A stretch of DNA of 64,000 bases, from contig OZ024741.1 in the NCBI GenBank assembly GCA_964016885.1, positions 241,490,001 through 241,554,000 of the forward strand, read 5' to 3'. Under the pieces are notes generated by a model. That model saw only the letters and a program-made list of their open reading frames with translations. It did no database searches and was not told where the DNA came from. Shown in pieces: positions 14,150 to 27,838 of this stretch. The stretch's first letter is position 1, and each line of letters opens with the position of its first letter. Source of the stretch: Eledone cirrhosa (taxonomy: Eukaryota). A program made the translations under genes and the position numbers.

Positions 14150-14680
14150 CACATAACTACATCACCATGGTTACATTGCCACGCTACCATGGTTAAATCA
14201 CTACATAACTATGATTACATCAGAACATCATTACATTACTATGAGTATTTCATTCCATCACTACATCACCATGGTTACATCCCTACATTAATATGGTTAC
14301 ATCACTACATCTCTATGGCTACATCACTACATCACTATGGCTACTTTTCTACAACACTACAATACTACCATGGCTAATACACTACATCACCATGGCTACT
14401 ACACTACATCACCATGGCTACTACACTACATCACCATGGCTTCTACACTACATTACTCTGGCTACTTTACTACATCACTATGGTTACATCTCTACATTAC
14501 TACATTTGTATATCACTACATTACTATGGCTACTTTACTACATCACTATGGTTACATCTCTACATTACTACATCTCTATATCACTACATTACTATGGCTA
14601 CTGTACTACATCTCTACAATACTGTATTACCATGGCTACACCACTACAACACTACATCTCCACATCACTACATGGTTATT
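14150..14680. repeat. ~21-22-bp minisatellite (CATCACTATGGCTACTTTACTA-like)
   Basis: Tandem ACTACATCAC(C/T)ATGG(C/T)TAC units. Confidence 0.9.
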
Positions 14681-15109
14681 TTGAAGTCCCCAACTTTACA
14701 TTATCTCTTAGAAAATGTAACAAGAGCTCACATAGAAGGAATAACAGGCTTACTGGAACAATGACCTCACTCCTCCCCTTTCCCTGCACTGCCTAATGAC
14801 TGACCAATCAAATGAAGTCTTATTTCACACTTGAGGTGTCAGTGACTTCTCTATCACATGACACTTGAACCAAGGCCAGATGGTCAACTGGGATTTGACC
14901 ATGTGTATATATTTCCTTACAATATATAAGGACTGTGTAGCATCATTTGATGTCACTATCAATTAGTTTATGTTTCTTGGTGCGTGTATGTGAGTAATGT
15001 GAGTATGCCTTTGTGGTGGTGTATATATGTGTGTATATGTGTGTATATGTATATATGGCAAATAGAAAGTCAAGCAGATAGATCCTTGAATAGGGAGTTA
15101 CATAGATTA

Positions 15110-17083
15110 CAGCGTGTAACAACAACATTTTTTTTCTCTGTTCCTGGCTTGTAATCACTTTTTTTGTGTTGCTTAGGTCCCAAATAAATTTTTAAAAAAT
15201 TGCTATTAAACAGTTAAAAGTTTGGGTTTGTAAAAATTCTAAACTATTCACTAGAATTATTTGTATGCTGGATTTTACATTGTATTTAAGTTTAATTTGC
15301 TTAAGTTAAATGATTTTTTTATATATGTTTCAGGTTAAATTAAAATTATCAAATAAAGAGTAATACCTAAAGAAAATTATAAAAGTGCAATAAAGTATAA
15401 AATTGTTAAAAAGTGGATTAAAGAGATTTATTGAAGCTGGATTTTCGCACCCTGAATAAAGGGTAAGTTGTGTTTTAAGCACGAATTTTCATTAGTATGA
15501 TTAGTGTTCTTTTATATTATTTAAATATGTATTTCCCTTTCCAATATTTATTTTGTATTGTATATCAAATTTATTTTCCAAGACAAGTATTCTGATGAAG
15601 AGGAGGAGATGGATGCTGAGGACTTGGATTACCTGCCCGAGGTATCAGAAAAAGTTCCTCACTTCCCAAACCAAAAAGAAGTCAATGACTTGGTCAGGGA
15701 TATGAGTCTGACCAAGTCCAATGCAGAGCTATTCGTCTCCAGGATGAAGCAGTGGAACTTGGTCAAGGAGGTGACAAGTCAGAGAAGTCGACACAAACCT
15801 TTCTCAGGCTTTTACACTCTTAGGGATGGCCTCTGCTTCTGCCATGACATGCCTGGACTGTTTGATTTTATTGGGGTGCCGTTTGTGCCCAAGGAGTGGC
15901 GGCTATTTATAGACAGCTCCACCACAAGTTTGAAGGCTGTCCTCCTCCACAATGGAAACAAGTTCCTGACACTGCCCCTAGCTCATTCAGTCTGCCTACA
16001 GTGTGAAAGTTCTCTTGGAAACTCTGCAATACAACCAATACAATTGGGAAATCATTGGAGACTTCAAGATGGTGGCTTTCCTGCTTGGACTCCAAGGAGG
16101 CTTTATCAAATTCCAATGCTTCCTCTGCCTTTGGGACAGTAGAGCCACCTCTGACCACTACAAAAGAAAGAACTGGGAGCATCGAACAGAATTTGTAGTT
16201 GGGACCCGGAACGTCATGTGGGAGCCACTGGTTGATCCCAGGATTGTGCTCATGCCGCCACTGCACATTAAGTTGGGGTTGATGAAGCGGTTTGTGAAGG
16301 CTCTCAACCAAGAATCAGCCGCTTTTAAGTACCTTCTTGAGTTCTTCCCCAAGTTATCTGAGGCCAAAATCAAAGGTGGAATTTTTGTTGGACCTCAGAT
16401 AAAGAAGGTGTTTGAGTCTACCGAGTTCTCCAATAAGCTCAATAGGATTGAGAGAACAGCATGGAACTGTTTCAAGGCAGTTGTTAAGGGCTTCCTGGGC
16501 AACTACAGAGCTGAAAACTACCAGCAACTGGTGCAGGATCTGATAAAGGCTTTTGGCACCATGGGATGCAGGATGTCGCTTAAACTCCATATGCTGGACG
16601 CTCACCTGGAAAAATTCAAGGACAATATGGGCGCCTACTCAGAAGAACAAGATGAACGATTCCACCAAGATGTGAAAGAGATAGAGCGGAGGTACCAAGG
16701 CCACTACAATGAAAAAATGATGGGGGACTATATCTGGGGGCTTGTGTGGGTCTGCGACCAGGACTACAACCACAAATCCAGGAAATCCAGTCATTTCTGA
16801 CGTGTATAAGTTGCTTTATAAGTGTTATTTGTTTTTACTTGTTTGCTTTTGATAAGCTTGTGTAATAAAATAAATATATACTCTGTTGATTTAATTATAT
16901 GAACTGATAAATTTTTAATAAATGTGTTTTTTCTTGAAAAATATGAAAATTTCGAAATATCAAACTCCTGACCACAAACCCAAACTTCTGATTAAATAAT
17001 AGTTTTTTTTAAAATAATAATGGGATATAACAAACCAGGAAATGACACTTAGAACCAGGGAACAAAAAATATATTACACGGTG
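15110..17083 (+). mobile_element. Chapaev3-type (CMC superfamily) DNA transposon, defective
   Basis: Left end CAGCGTGTAAC, right end ATTACACGGTG (imperfect TIR extending to CCTGG); TTA on both sides (15107-15109, 17084-17086) fits a TWA TSD; internal transposase. Confidence 0.8.
15582..16800 (+). pseudogene. Chapaev3-like DDE transposase, frameshifted at ~16000, N-terminus apparently missing
   Basis: WRLFIDSS..SLKAVLLHNGNK, IIGDFKMV, CFLCLWDSRA, PPLHIKLGLMK, MSLKLHMLDAH, SEEQDERFHQD in ORFs 15558-16142 and 16003-16800. Confidence 0.85.
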
Positions 17084-17132
17084 TTATTGTAAAGAAATGT
17101 AGGTGTGTGTGTGTGTGTATATATATATATAT

Positions 17133-17540
17133 CATCATCATCATCATTTAACGTCCATCACTTGCATGGGTTTGGACGGGAGTTTTCCCACTTGAGGCAA
17201 GATTTGTTGTCTTGCTCGTATAGGACTGTCTGGCAGGTTTTCTACTGCTGGATGCCCTTCCTAACACCAACCACGTTTACAGTGTGGACTGGGAGGTTTT
17301 TACCGTGTTACCTACACGGCCACATTACAGCGTGGACTGTGTGTTTTTTTGTTGTGACACCTACACGACCTCATTTGTTTCGGACTGGATGTTGTGGTAC
17401 CAACATAACTTTACATTGAAAGGGGTGGTGTGGATGGGGTGGGGGTAGTGGGACGGGGTGTATTTTTGTTACTTAGGTAAGGCGGGTCTTCTGTATTACT
17501 GTGTAGCGCCAAAGATCTCGGTCCAGTGACAATTTCTTGG
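17133..17540 (-). mobile_element. RTE LINE 3' end (R1-related, older)
   Basis: Minus strand encodes DRDLWRYTVIQKTR, matching the RTE C-terminus at 29820-29870; 3' UTR ends in (GAT)n. Confidence 0.7.
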
Positions 17541-17779
17541 AGATATATATTATATAAATATTATATATATTATATATATATATATATAGAAAGAGTGAAG
17601 AATAACATGGTCAACAGTACAAAAAAGGTTTTTTATTATCTAACTGGATTACCTATAATGATATTTTGTTATCCCTTATATATATATATATATGGGTGGG
17701 TGGGGTGTATGTATTAGTGTATGTTTGTGTATGCATGTTTGTTTGTGTGTGTGTGAGTGGATATGTGTTTGTGCATGTA

Positions 17780-17810
<31 letters not shown>

Positions 17811-18328
17811 TTGTGTGTGTGCATGTGTGTTTGTGTATGTGTTAGAAAACCATCCAGTCGTAGAAACCATGCTAAAAACTGGAATATATTTTAGCATGAT
17901 GTGGTTCTCTTGAAAGTCAGTGACTCAAAATAAGAAATGACAAGTGTAGTAATGACCCATCCAACCCATGCTAGAATTAAAGGGCAGATATTAAAATGAT
18001 GATGACCTCACATACTTACACATATTCTCACACACATACATATGTGTGTATATTATCATCATTGTTATTACAAGTTTACATCTATTTTCCATGCTGGCAT
18101 GAGTTGTACAGGTTGTCACACACTGAAACTTGAGAAATGAAATGATCATTTCTTGCTCATACATTCCATTTTGACATGGTTTCTATGACTGGAAGCCCCT
18201 TCTAATGTCAACTGCTATACAGCATATGTATCAATCTATCTGTTTGTCCAGCTGTCTCTCTCTCTCTCTCACCATATGTGTGTGTGTGTGTGAGGGAGAG
18301 TGTGTAGATGTGTACGTTTGTATCTTAA

Positions 18329-18521
18329 GGGTGATGGATTGGCAGTATCAGTAGAGGGTCAGACGCCATGCTTTGCAGCATAGAGTTACGGCTCTTTACA
18401 ATCTGAGTTCAAATCCCGCCGAGGTTAATTTGCCTTTATTCCTTACGAGGTTGATAAAATGAAGTACCAGTAATGCACTGGAATAATTGCTGGCCTTGTG
18501 CCAAAAGCAGAAACAATTATT
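18329..18521 (+). mobile_element. SINE S1 copy
   Basis: Aligns with 13631-13822. Confidence 0.85.
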
Positions 18522-18733
18522 AACATATTAATTTTATTGTTAACCCCTGTTGTTTTGTTTGTGTATCATTGTCTCCCTGTTATATAAAGAGTTTTCTCTG
18601 ATTTAGGAAAATATTCCTAAATTCAACAAGTGAACAGATAGGCAGCTGGAATCAATTCGATTTGTATTGCCCCAGGGCAGTATTGATTTTGAAAACACTA
18701 CTAGTATCTATCTATGTATCTTATATAGACAAA

Positions 18734-18762
<29 letters not shown>

Positions 18763-18771
<9 letters not shown>

Positions 18772-19176
18772 ATCAAAAGATGGTTAAAAGAGTTCCATGT
18801 ATTTTATTATGCGCATTTCAAAAACAAATATCATCATGCAATAACATTTGTGTTTTCATCAGATAAAATAGGAAGACATGATATGAAGGTTAAAAACACT
18901 TGTGGATAGTGCAGTTTTATATGTTGATTTAAAACTGCACTATCCACAAGTGTTTTTAACCTTCATATCATGTCTTCCTATTTTATCTGATGAAAACACA
19001 AATGTTATTGCATGATGATATTTGTTTTTGAAATGCGCATAATAAAATACATGGAACTCTTTTAACCATCTTTTGATCTTATATATTATGTATACTCCAG
19101 TCCTACAAACTGTAGAGTGCTTCTTATCCGATATCTGCATTGCTTTATTGTTACTACAATAAAACTCACCTCCTAC
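18763..19176. mobile_element. Fold-back Penelope-like pLTR insertion (family A) in (TA)n
   Basis: Perfect 157-bp inverted arms 18763-18919 / 18930-19086, 10-nt spacer, 90-nt one-sided tail; hammerhead in each arm. Confidence 0.8.
18979..19049 (+). ncRNA. Type I hammerhead ribozyme (mirror copy 18800-18870, minus)
   Basis: TATTTTAT-CTGATGA-[AAACACAAATGTTAT..ATGATATTTGTTTTT]-GAAA-TGCGCA-TA-ATAAAATA; 8-bp stem I, palindromic stem III ATGCGCAT. Confidence 0.85.
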
Positions 19177-19194
19177 ATATATATATATATATAT

Positions 19195-19230
<36 letters not shown>

Positions 19231-19232
<2 letters not shown>

Positions 19233-22200
19233 TCACCAATCCTCGATAAGAGTGTTTAAATGTCGAACCTAAACAGTTTGAATAACGGTGAAGTGGAGAC
19301 TGGAATGTCATGTGACAGACTCTCACCCAGCAGGTGCTCCCTGGCTGTCAACCAAATACTGCTGGTGTTGGAGGAAGAAGAAGAAGGAGGAAAGGGACCA
19401 GAACCAACTGGACGAAAGAATAGAATAGAACTGTTATGCAATGTTACCTGAAGAGTAACCCCAAGGAGAAAGGCTATAGGAAACGGATGCATAGCATCTG
19501 GAACAAGATGGGTCTATTTAAATTAGATGAACAAAAATTGGCCGGGCAGGCTCGGGTAATAAGAACTAATGGGTGGATAAGCGAGCTGGAACTGGAGGAA
19601 CTGAGCAGAGAGATTAGGTTGGAAATGGAGAGTGGAGTATGCCAGGCAAACGAGCCAGTGGGAAATGAAGGTGAAGAGGTTGAGAGAACGGAGGAACCAT
19701 CCGAAGCAGACAATGTTCTGAATGCTGAAATAAATAATACCTGGAACAGAGATACGGCCATTGAGGAGATGAATGCTGATGGGCTAGAACAAGATTTGGT
19801 TGATATCCTAAACTTAGTGGTAGATGAATTGAACAATGATAGTGGGAAACCTATGAACCTAAGATTTGTAGACAGGAAAAAGTTAAAAGAAACAACAGCT
19901 AAGGTAAACAAAGTCATCCCATACCTTGAGGCGAGGAACCTTCACCAGTGCAACAATATCCTCAAAGCAACAGCAAATGCAGTGAGGAAACAACAAACAA
20001 GAAAGATCAGAACCTTGGTGGAAGAAACGACTGAATGGTCAAATCAGGGAAATGAGAAATGACATTGGAAAGCTTGAGTCCCTACTGAATGGGACACTAA
20101 AAAACATAGACACTAAAAATAGACTGGAAATAAAGTACAAAACTAGGAGGAAAAAGCTAAATATTATCATAGAGGAACTGAAGCAAAGCATTGTAGCAAA
20201 GAGTGCAAAAATTAGGCGATACGAGAGCAGAGTCAGTCAGTATAGACAGAACCGCATGTTTGACAACAACCAGAAGATGCTGTTTGGACAGCTTGAAGGG
20301 AAAGAAAGAGGCAACGACTTGATCCCTGAGGCGGAACAAACTAAGACATTCTGGAGAGGAATATGGGAGCAGGATGTTAAACATAATGACCAGGCAGTGT
20401 AGATTGAGACAGTACAAAAGGAGATTAGTGAACAAGCACACCAACAAACTGATTTAAGTATCACAGTTGAAACTCTTAAGGGGCAGGCCAAAAACCTAAC
20501 CAACTGGAAATCACCAGGCCCAGATGGTGTGCAGGGGTATTGGATTAAAAATATAACATCCCTCCACCCGAAACTGACAACCATGTTCAATGACTGCTTG
20601 ATGTCAGGTGAGGTACCAGAGTGGTTGACAAAAGGTACCACAGTTCTGGTAATGAAAGACCGAATCAAGGGTAATGATGTTACCAACTATAGACCTATCA
20701 CATGTCTGTCCGTAATGTGGAAACTGTTGACAAGCATTATGTCCGAGGAAATCTACCATCACCTCCACACAAACAACTTGTTACCGGGCGAACAGAAAGG
20801 ATGCCGAAAGAAGTCCCGTGGTACAATGGACCAGTTACTTATTGATAAGATGGTAATGAGGAATTGCAAGAGGAGACACACTGGTCTTGCCATGGGATGG
20901 ATAGACTACAAAAAGACATTTGACATGGTGCCTCATTCTTGGATTACCAAAAGCCAAGAGATCTTCAAGGTGGCAGATAACATCAGACAGTTGTTGAGCA
21001 AAAGTATGAAGTCCTGGAAAACAGAGTTAACATCAGCTGGAGAATCCTTGGGAGGCGTGAAGATCAAGAGAGGTATCTACCAGGGAGATAGTCTGTCCCC
21101 TCTGCTGTTTGTCCTTGCCCTGATGCCCCTGACCATTATACTGCGAAAAGTGAGAGCAGGATACAAGTTGGGAAAAGGAGAGCTTACCATCAATCACCTC
21201 CTCTTCATGGACGATCTTCGGGAAGAGTGAGAAGGAGTTGGATGTGCTTGTTGACACTGTCCGTATTTTCAGCAATGATATATGTATGCAATTTGGTATT
21301 AGTAAGTGTGGAGTCCTTGTGATGAAGAGGGGTAAATTGAGCAGAAGCAATGGAATCCAGGTACCAACAGGTGAGATGATAAAGGAAATTGACACTGAAG
21401 CAGGATACAAGTATTTGGGTGTTCTGGAAGCTGATGACATCAAGAACAAAAAAATGAAGGAATTGATAAGATCTGAATACATTCGGAGAATAAGGAGCAT
21501 ATTAAAGTCACACCTGAACAGTAGGAATGCCATAAGTGCAGTAAATTCCCGAGCTGTGTCTATTATAGGTACAGTGCGGGAATTCTGAGATGGAATGTTG
21601 CTGAACAAAAAGAAATGGATAGGAAGACTAGGAAACTATTGACTATCTACAACATTTTCCACAAGAGGAGTGATGTCGATAGATAGACTCTACTTAAGGA
21701 GATCTGAAGGTGGAAGAGGTTTTATCAGCATAGAGGACTGTGTTCAGATGGAGAAAAACAACCTACACAAATATGTGACTGATAGTAAGGAGCCAATGCT
21801 CAGAATTGTACTGAAGGAGAGGACAATAGACCAGGGGATGTCCAAGGAGGAAATAACAACAAGGAGAAAGAGCAGCCTTCATGAAAAATCCCTTCATAGT
21901 ACCTTCTTTGAGCAAACTGAATTCAGAGATCCACAGACATGGAACTGGTTGAAAAGAGGAGACCTTAAAAAGGCTACAGAAGGAATGCTAATGGCTGCGC
22001 AAGAGCCGGCCCTCAAAACGAAGTGGTTGAAACACCATATTTACAAGGAGGAGGCTAGCCCACTGTGCAGGATCTGTGGAGAGAGAGAGGAGACTGTGGC
22101 TCACATTGTATCCGAGTGTAAACACCTAGCCCAGACTCACTATAAGGGCTGGAGACATGATGTGATGGGCAGGGTGATCCACTGGCACCTATGCAAAGTA

Positions 22201-22712
22201 AACAATTTACCACATTCTGAGAAGTGGTATGAGCATAAGCCAGAGTCGGTGATAGAAAACGATCAGGTGAAGGTGCTGTGGGATTTTAGGATACAGACGG
22301 ACAAGAAACTGGAACACAATAGACCTGACCTGGTGGTTTTGGACAAGGAAAAAAGATTGTGCCTGATTGTGGATGTGGCCTGCCCATTCGACACGAGAGT
22401 GCAGGAGGAGAGGGAGAAAATTAACTGATACCAGGACTTAAAGTGGGAGGTAAAAAGGATTTGGAACTGCCATGAAGTCAAAGTGGTCCCGATTGTCATA
22501 GGCGCACTAGGTACTATCTCAAAAAGTTTCCAGGGATGGTTAAAGAAAATTGGCCCCACCACGCTTTTTGGAATGGTTCAAAAGGCATGCTTGCTGGGAA
22601 CAGCAAGAACCCTCCGATATGTCCTGAATATCTGAGGCTGCAGGTAGTGGCTTGATATTCATTTCAACAAACTTTCCAGTTGACTAACATCAATGACTGA
22701 GACTCAAAGAAC
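19231..22712 (+). mobile_element. Near full-length R4/Dong-clade non-LTR retrotransposon (RT + CCHC + RLE), decayed
   Basis: GYRKRMHSIW N-terminus; RT motifs KSPGPDG, YRPITCL, QKGC, WIDYKK.FD.VPHSW, QGDSLSPLLF, HLLFMDDL; CRICG..EETVAHIVSEC; RHD, RPD, DVACP; stops and frameshifts; (TAA)n flanks. Confidence 0.9.
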
Positions 22713-22718
22713 AATAAT

Positions 22719-22950
22719 AAAGATAGTGCTAATGGGAACTGCCCATATACTAAGGAAGATTCTGTCAATATAAGTACATCACAAGTCTAAACACCTAAAG
22801 ATGCATGTGTGTGTATGTATGTTCTTTCTTGAACATGGCGGATCTTGTTGTCTCTTGAGGTCACTGGTTGTGACTTGGTGATAACTCTTATGAAAATAAA
22901 GCAAGATAAATGCAACTGTAATAATAATAATAATAATAAGTATAATAATA
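22719..22950 (+). mobile_element. Short 3' fragment of a second R4/Dong family
   Basis: Near-identical to 23910-24111 (KIVLMGTAHILRKILSI* plus 3' UTR), ends in (TAA)n. Confidence 0.85.
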
Positions 22951-24147
22951 TCTAAGGGAATCACAACTGCAACAATTGGATTATCTACATATATAAGGGA
23001 GGCACATGATTGGATGATCAAACTTGTTTTGAAACACGAAAGCATCAAAAGATCATACTCCATTACAAAAGATGCACAAAGATACAGTAATGGACTACAA
23101 ATTTCAGAAGTCCCATTTACTGCTGAAATGGAAAACACAGAAAAAGCAAAGCAGGTAAAAGTAACTGCAAAGAAAGAACTGCTACAGAAACTGGCTAAGA
23201 AATGGCAAGAAAAGCCTCTGTATGGAAAATACCCAGAAAGAGCTAACAATCCTGATGTTGACAAAACTTTAACCCATCAGTGGTTGGCATCCTCTGGACT
23301 GAAATCGGAGACTGAAGGATTGATTATATCAGCACAAGATCAGTGTCTGCCAACAAAAAATTACCAAGCCAACATAATAAAAAATGGATGCAACCCATGC
23401 CGTGTATGTAAAAAACAACCAGAGACCATTGATCATATAATTTCAATGTGCAGTCCTATAGCTCCAACCGAATACCTAAACAGGCATGACAGAGCTGTAC
23501 AATACATACATTGGATAATGTGTAAGCATTTTGACCTGCCCCATCAAAAGAATTGGTGGGAGCATCAACCACCTCCCGTACTTGAAAAAGATCACATCTC
23601 AATCTTGTGGAACTTTAGAATCCAAACAGACCAAAAAATAGATGCAAATAGACCTGATATAATACTGAAGGACTTTAAAAAGAGGGTATGCCTGCTAATT
23701 GATATGTCCATTCCAATAGACAAGAATGTATCTATAAAAAACATTTGAAAAATTGAGCAAGTATAAGGACCTGGAGATAGAAATTGAAAAAATGTGGAAA
23801 TTGAGAACTAAAACAATACCAGTGGTTGTAGGCGCTCTAGGAATGTTAGCTAATGGGTCTAATGATTACTTATCGCAAATCCCAAGAAACCCGCATATAG
23901 GAGAAATACAAAAGATAGTACTAATGGGAACTGCCCATATACTAAGGAAGATTCTGTCAATATAAGTACATCACAAGTCTAAACACCTAAAGATGCATGT
24001 GTGTGTATGTATGTTCTTTCTTGAACATGGCGGACCTTGTTGTCTCTTGAGGTCACTGGTTGTGACTTGGTGATAACTTGTATGAACATAAAGCAAGATA
24101 AATGCAACTGTAATAATAATAATAATAATAATAATTATAATAATAAT
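22951..24147 (+). mobile_element. 5'-truncated R4/Dong element, second family
   Basis: LKSETEGLIISAQDQCL, CRVCKKQPETIDHIISMC, RHD, NRPDI, LIDMSIP, SKYKDLEIEI; (TAA)n tail. Confidence 0.9.
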
Positions 24148-24476
24148 TGTTGAAAAGCATGAGAGAAGTAAGAAGCTTCATTCTATCTTGAAGGAGAGCA
24201 AAAAATATGCTACTGATCTCATGATTGATACCCTGGCTGGATAGACTAAAGAAACTGTTGCAACTGCTGTTTCAAAAAAACAAAAAAAAACAGTATACAT
24301 ATATGTATACTGTTTTTTTTTTTTGTTTTTTTTTAAAATTATAATCAATGTTCTGTATTAACTGGCTTAACAATGCACACTGTGAATTTATTTGCCCTAG
24401 GTGTCAGGAAGACACTCGGCATATATCTCAGAAACAATAATGAAAGAAAATAAAAATAACAATAATAATAATAATG
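24148..24476 (+). mobile_element. Internally deleted remnant of a third R4/Dong-like family
   Basis: VEKHERSKKLHSILKESKKY resembles VLKHESIKRSYSITKDAQRY at ~23026; followed by UTR-like sequence and a (TAA)n tail. Confidence 0.5.
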
Positions 24477-24680
24477 GTTTCTTAAATAGGCACAAGGCCA
24501 GCAATATGGGGGGTAAGGGAAAGTCGATTAAATCGACCCCAGCGCCTGCCTGGTACTTTATTTTATCGACCCCTTAAGAATGAAGGGCAAAGTTAACCTC
24601 GGCGGGATTTGAACTCAGACCATAAAGGGACGTAACTATGCTGGAAAGCATGGCGTCCAACTCTCTACAGGTACTAACAA
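24477..24680 (-). mobile_element. SINE S1-related copy
   Basis: Reverse complement of B-box and TCGATAAAATAAAGTACCAG core; its (ATT)n tail abuts the R4 stack. Confidence 0.8.
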
Positions 24681-24681
24681 A

Positions 24682-25140
24682 GATCCTGTTAAGGTGAAAG
24701 CAGTGATTCTTTGCTTTAATCTGTTATTTTAATAAATATATGTATATATATATTTTTATTAAAATAACAGATTAAAGTTTAAGCAAAGAATCGCTGCTTT
24801 TACCCTTAACGGGATCTTCTGAAACTAAAAAAATCAATCTGTGAACGCAAAAGTAAATATTTCGAAAAACGTTGCAGCCGAAGAAAAACAGGAAGACGAA
24901 ACTTTGGTTCGTGAAGACGTTCCCTGGCAATGACGGAAAAAAAGCGAAGATAATATGTCGTTATGTGGAGCGTGGAGAACAATTTCATGCAAAGACAAAA
25001 AACCAAAATCACGTTTATGGTATAAATGGAGTCATTAGACTAATATTCTATTTAGGAAACCGAATGATTCACAGCTACGGAGTTTAAGAGTAATGTAAAT
25101 AAATTTGTTGGACGAAAATGACAGAGGTTATTAAAAGTAA
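24682..25140. mobile_element. Two Penelope-like family D pLTR fragments end-to-end around a TA tract (+ 24682-24737; - 24755-25140)
   Basis: Both end in AATCTGTTATTTTAATAAA and match 36371-36850. Confidence 0.8.
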
Positions 25141-25191
25141 TAATAGTTAAAATTTATACAATATATAATTATATATATATATATATATATA

Positions 25192-25499
25192 TTTATTAAA
25201 ATAACAGATTAAAGTTTAAGCAAAGAATCGCTGCTTTCAGCCTTAACGGGATCTTCTGAAACTAAAAAAATCAATCTGTGAACGCAGAAGTAAATATTTC
25301 GAAAAACGTTGCAAACAAAGGAAGACAGGAAGGCAATACTTTGGCTCATGGAGACGTTCCCTGGCAATGAACGGAAAAAAAGCGAAGATAATACGTCATT
25401 ATGTGGAGCGTGGAGAACAATTACACGCAAAGACAAAACAACGTTTATGGTATAAATGAAGACGTAGACTAATATTCGAGCCCTCTTTGGATTTTAGTC
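25192..25499 (-). mobile_element. Family D pLTR fragment joined to an inverted tail remnant
   Basis: Matches 36371-36650; CGAGCCCTCTTTGGATTTTAGTC at 25477-25499 is the reverse complement of the tail end at 36305-36327. Confidence 0.8.
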
Positions 25500-25719
25500 T
25501 TCAAATTTATTATTATTACTATATATATATATACTATATATATATTACTATATATATATATATATATCCATACGTACATATATATATGTGTGCATGTATG
25601 TATATATATATATACATACTACTGTACGTCTGTATACATATATGTACGTGGTGTACATACTTATATTTAAGTAACAGCCGTACTAAGAGTGGGAAATGAA
25701 ATTTCGTTTCATTTTTTCC

Positions 25720-25767
<48 letters not shown>

Positions 25768-26256
25768 GGGTTTTAAAAGAAAAAAACCAAAAGAAAAAAG
25801 GAGATGCCCTACACGGGTGAAAGTATAAGGAAAAGAAATTGAAAATGCAACTGGAGTTTTTTAAGAATATTTATCTATTTACTTTACTGGTTTCACAGTT
25901 CTTATGCTTTTCAAAAGTAAAATTGAGATGGAGGGTTTGTGTTTCTGTTGTGGTTTGCCTCACATACACCAACTAATATGACAGGTCAAACACCTTACAA
26001 ACCTCTCCACTACTTTGGATATTTTCACAACACTGTTACATGTAAAGATATTTAACGATACATTTATTAATTGCAAGAAATTATTATGAATTTAATTTAG
26101 TTATACAAAATTCTATGAAAGTGTAATCTTTTAATGTTCAGTAATCTATTTTTGAGGTCTATACTGTAGGCAGCTGCCTAGTCAGCCTTCATGCAAGCGT
26201 TAGATCTGAATATTGAGGGTAAAAAAGAGGAGGTATTGCTATTATATATATGTATG

Positions 26257-26346
<90 letters not shown>

Positions 26347-26347
26347 T

Positions 26348-26643
26348 ATCTTGCAATCGAAAGGTTGTGAGTTCAATTCTCAGACCGGGTGATGTGTTGT
26401 TTCCTTGAGCAAGACACTTTATTTCACATTGCTCCAGTTTACTCAGCTGTAGAAATGAGATGATAGGGACTGAGGTCCCTATCATTCCACTGCAAAGTGG
26501 TCATGGAGGTGCCACGGCAAAAAAGCACCCAGCACTCACTGTAAATAAGGTTGGTGTTAGGAAGGGCATCCAGCTGTAGAAATCAAGCCAGAATCAGTTC
26601 CCGTCCCACCCTTTCAAGCAGGGAAAAATGGACGTAAAAAATG
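26348..26643 (+). mobile_element. tRNA-derived SINE family S2, 5'-truncated
   Basis: Aligns with 33002-33345. Confidence 0.85.
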
Positions 26644-26744
26644 AAAAAAAAAAAAATATATATATATATGCATGTATATATATGTATGTATATACATATA
26701 TGTATATATGTATATATATATGTATATATGTATGTATATGTATG

Positions 26745-26782
<38 letters not shown>

Positions 26783-27244
26783 GATGTATGTATATATCTA
26801 TTTATATATGTATATATACAGATATGTGCATATATGTATGTATGTATGTATATTTTTATATGTATATATATATATGTGTGTGTGTGTGTGTATTTCCTTT
26901 TCTCACTAGTCAGTTCTTTCGTTGTTACAGATCATGCAGCTGAATTAGCAAAGCCCTTTAAACTGTATGTTATTACTCTGAGGTCTATTCCTCGTCGAGT
27001 GCTTGGCTGCACTGCTGAAGGCATTCGTTGGCTTAGCCGCGGCTCGAGCTTCGAATATGCTGTACTATTGTATTTATATATGTATGTATATATATATATA
27101 TATGTATGTGTATATGTCTATATATATATATATATGTATGTGTATATGTCTATATATATATATATATGTATGTATATACAAACACACACACACACACAAA
27201 CACACACAAACAGGCAGAGAAGTTCAAATGTCTCAAGGCTGTTT

Positions 27245-27838
27245 TCATGAGTGATGGAAGGCAGGAGGCTAAATAAAGTGCAAGAATTGGAGAAGCGCAT
27301 GCACTAATGTACCAGATTCAAGATTTGGTCATCAGAAGAAGGGAGGTAGGTGTAAAAGCCAAACTCACTATCTTCACATGCTATTTAGGCCAACGCTTAC
27401 GTATGGTCATGAATCTTGGGTAATGACCAAAAGAATACAATCACAAATACAAGTGGCCACAATGTGGTTCCTCTGAAGGGTCTTTGGAGTAACGTTACTG
27501 AATGGAGTGCATAGCTTGGAGATCAGGGAGTTGCTCTGGGTAGATCTGCTACTTCTCTGAATTGAGAGATCACAGCTTCGATATTACAGATATGAGATTA
27601 GAATGTCTAAGGAAAAAATTGCTGAACAGATTTTACAGGCAAAACCAATTGACAGCAGAACCAGGGGTAGACCTCAAGTAAGAGTGTTGGCTAACATCTA
27701 TGAGCTTGGCTGGTTTTGATTAGGAGATCCAGACAATTCATCTGGAGACAGTTGCTTCTGACAGGGCCCACTGGTGTGCCAAGGTGTGCTTGAGGACTCT
27801 GCCCCCACAGCCTTCACTGGAATAAGTGGCCGAAGAAG
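27245..27838 (+). mobile_element. Degenerate RTE LINE 3' fragment (family R2)
   Basis: RPTLTYGHESWVMTKRIQSQIQVA motif; homologous to 7464-7800. Confidence 0.75.

Noticed and set aside
14036-14796. His/Tyr-rich ORFs
   Set aside because: Minisatellite translations in all frames
14790-14900. Promoter-like CCAAT and E-box motifs
   Set aside because: Short motifs, no associated gene
24274-24333. A-run/CAGTATACATATATGTATACTG/T-run palindrome
   Set aside because: Short and low-complexity; likely filler at a deletion junction
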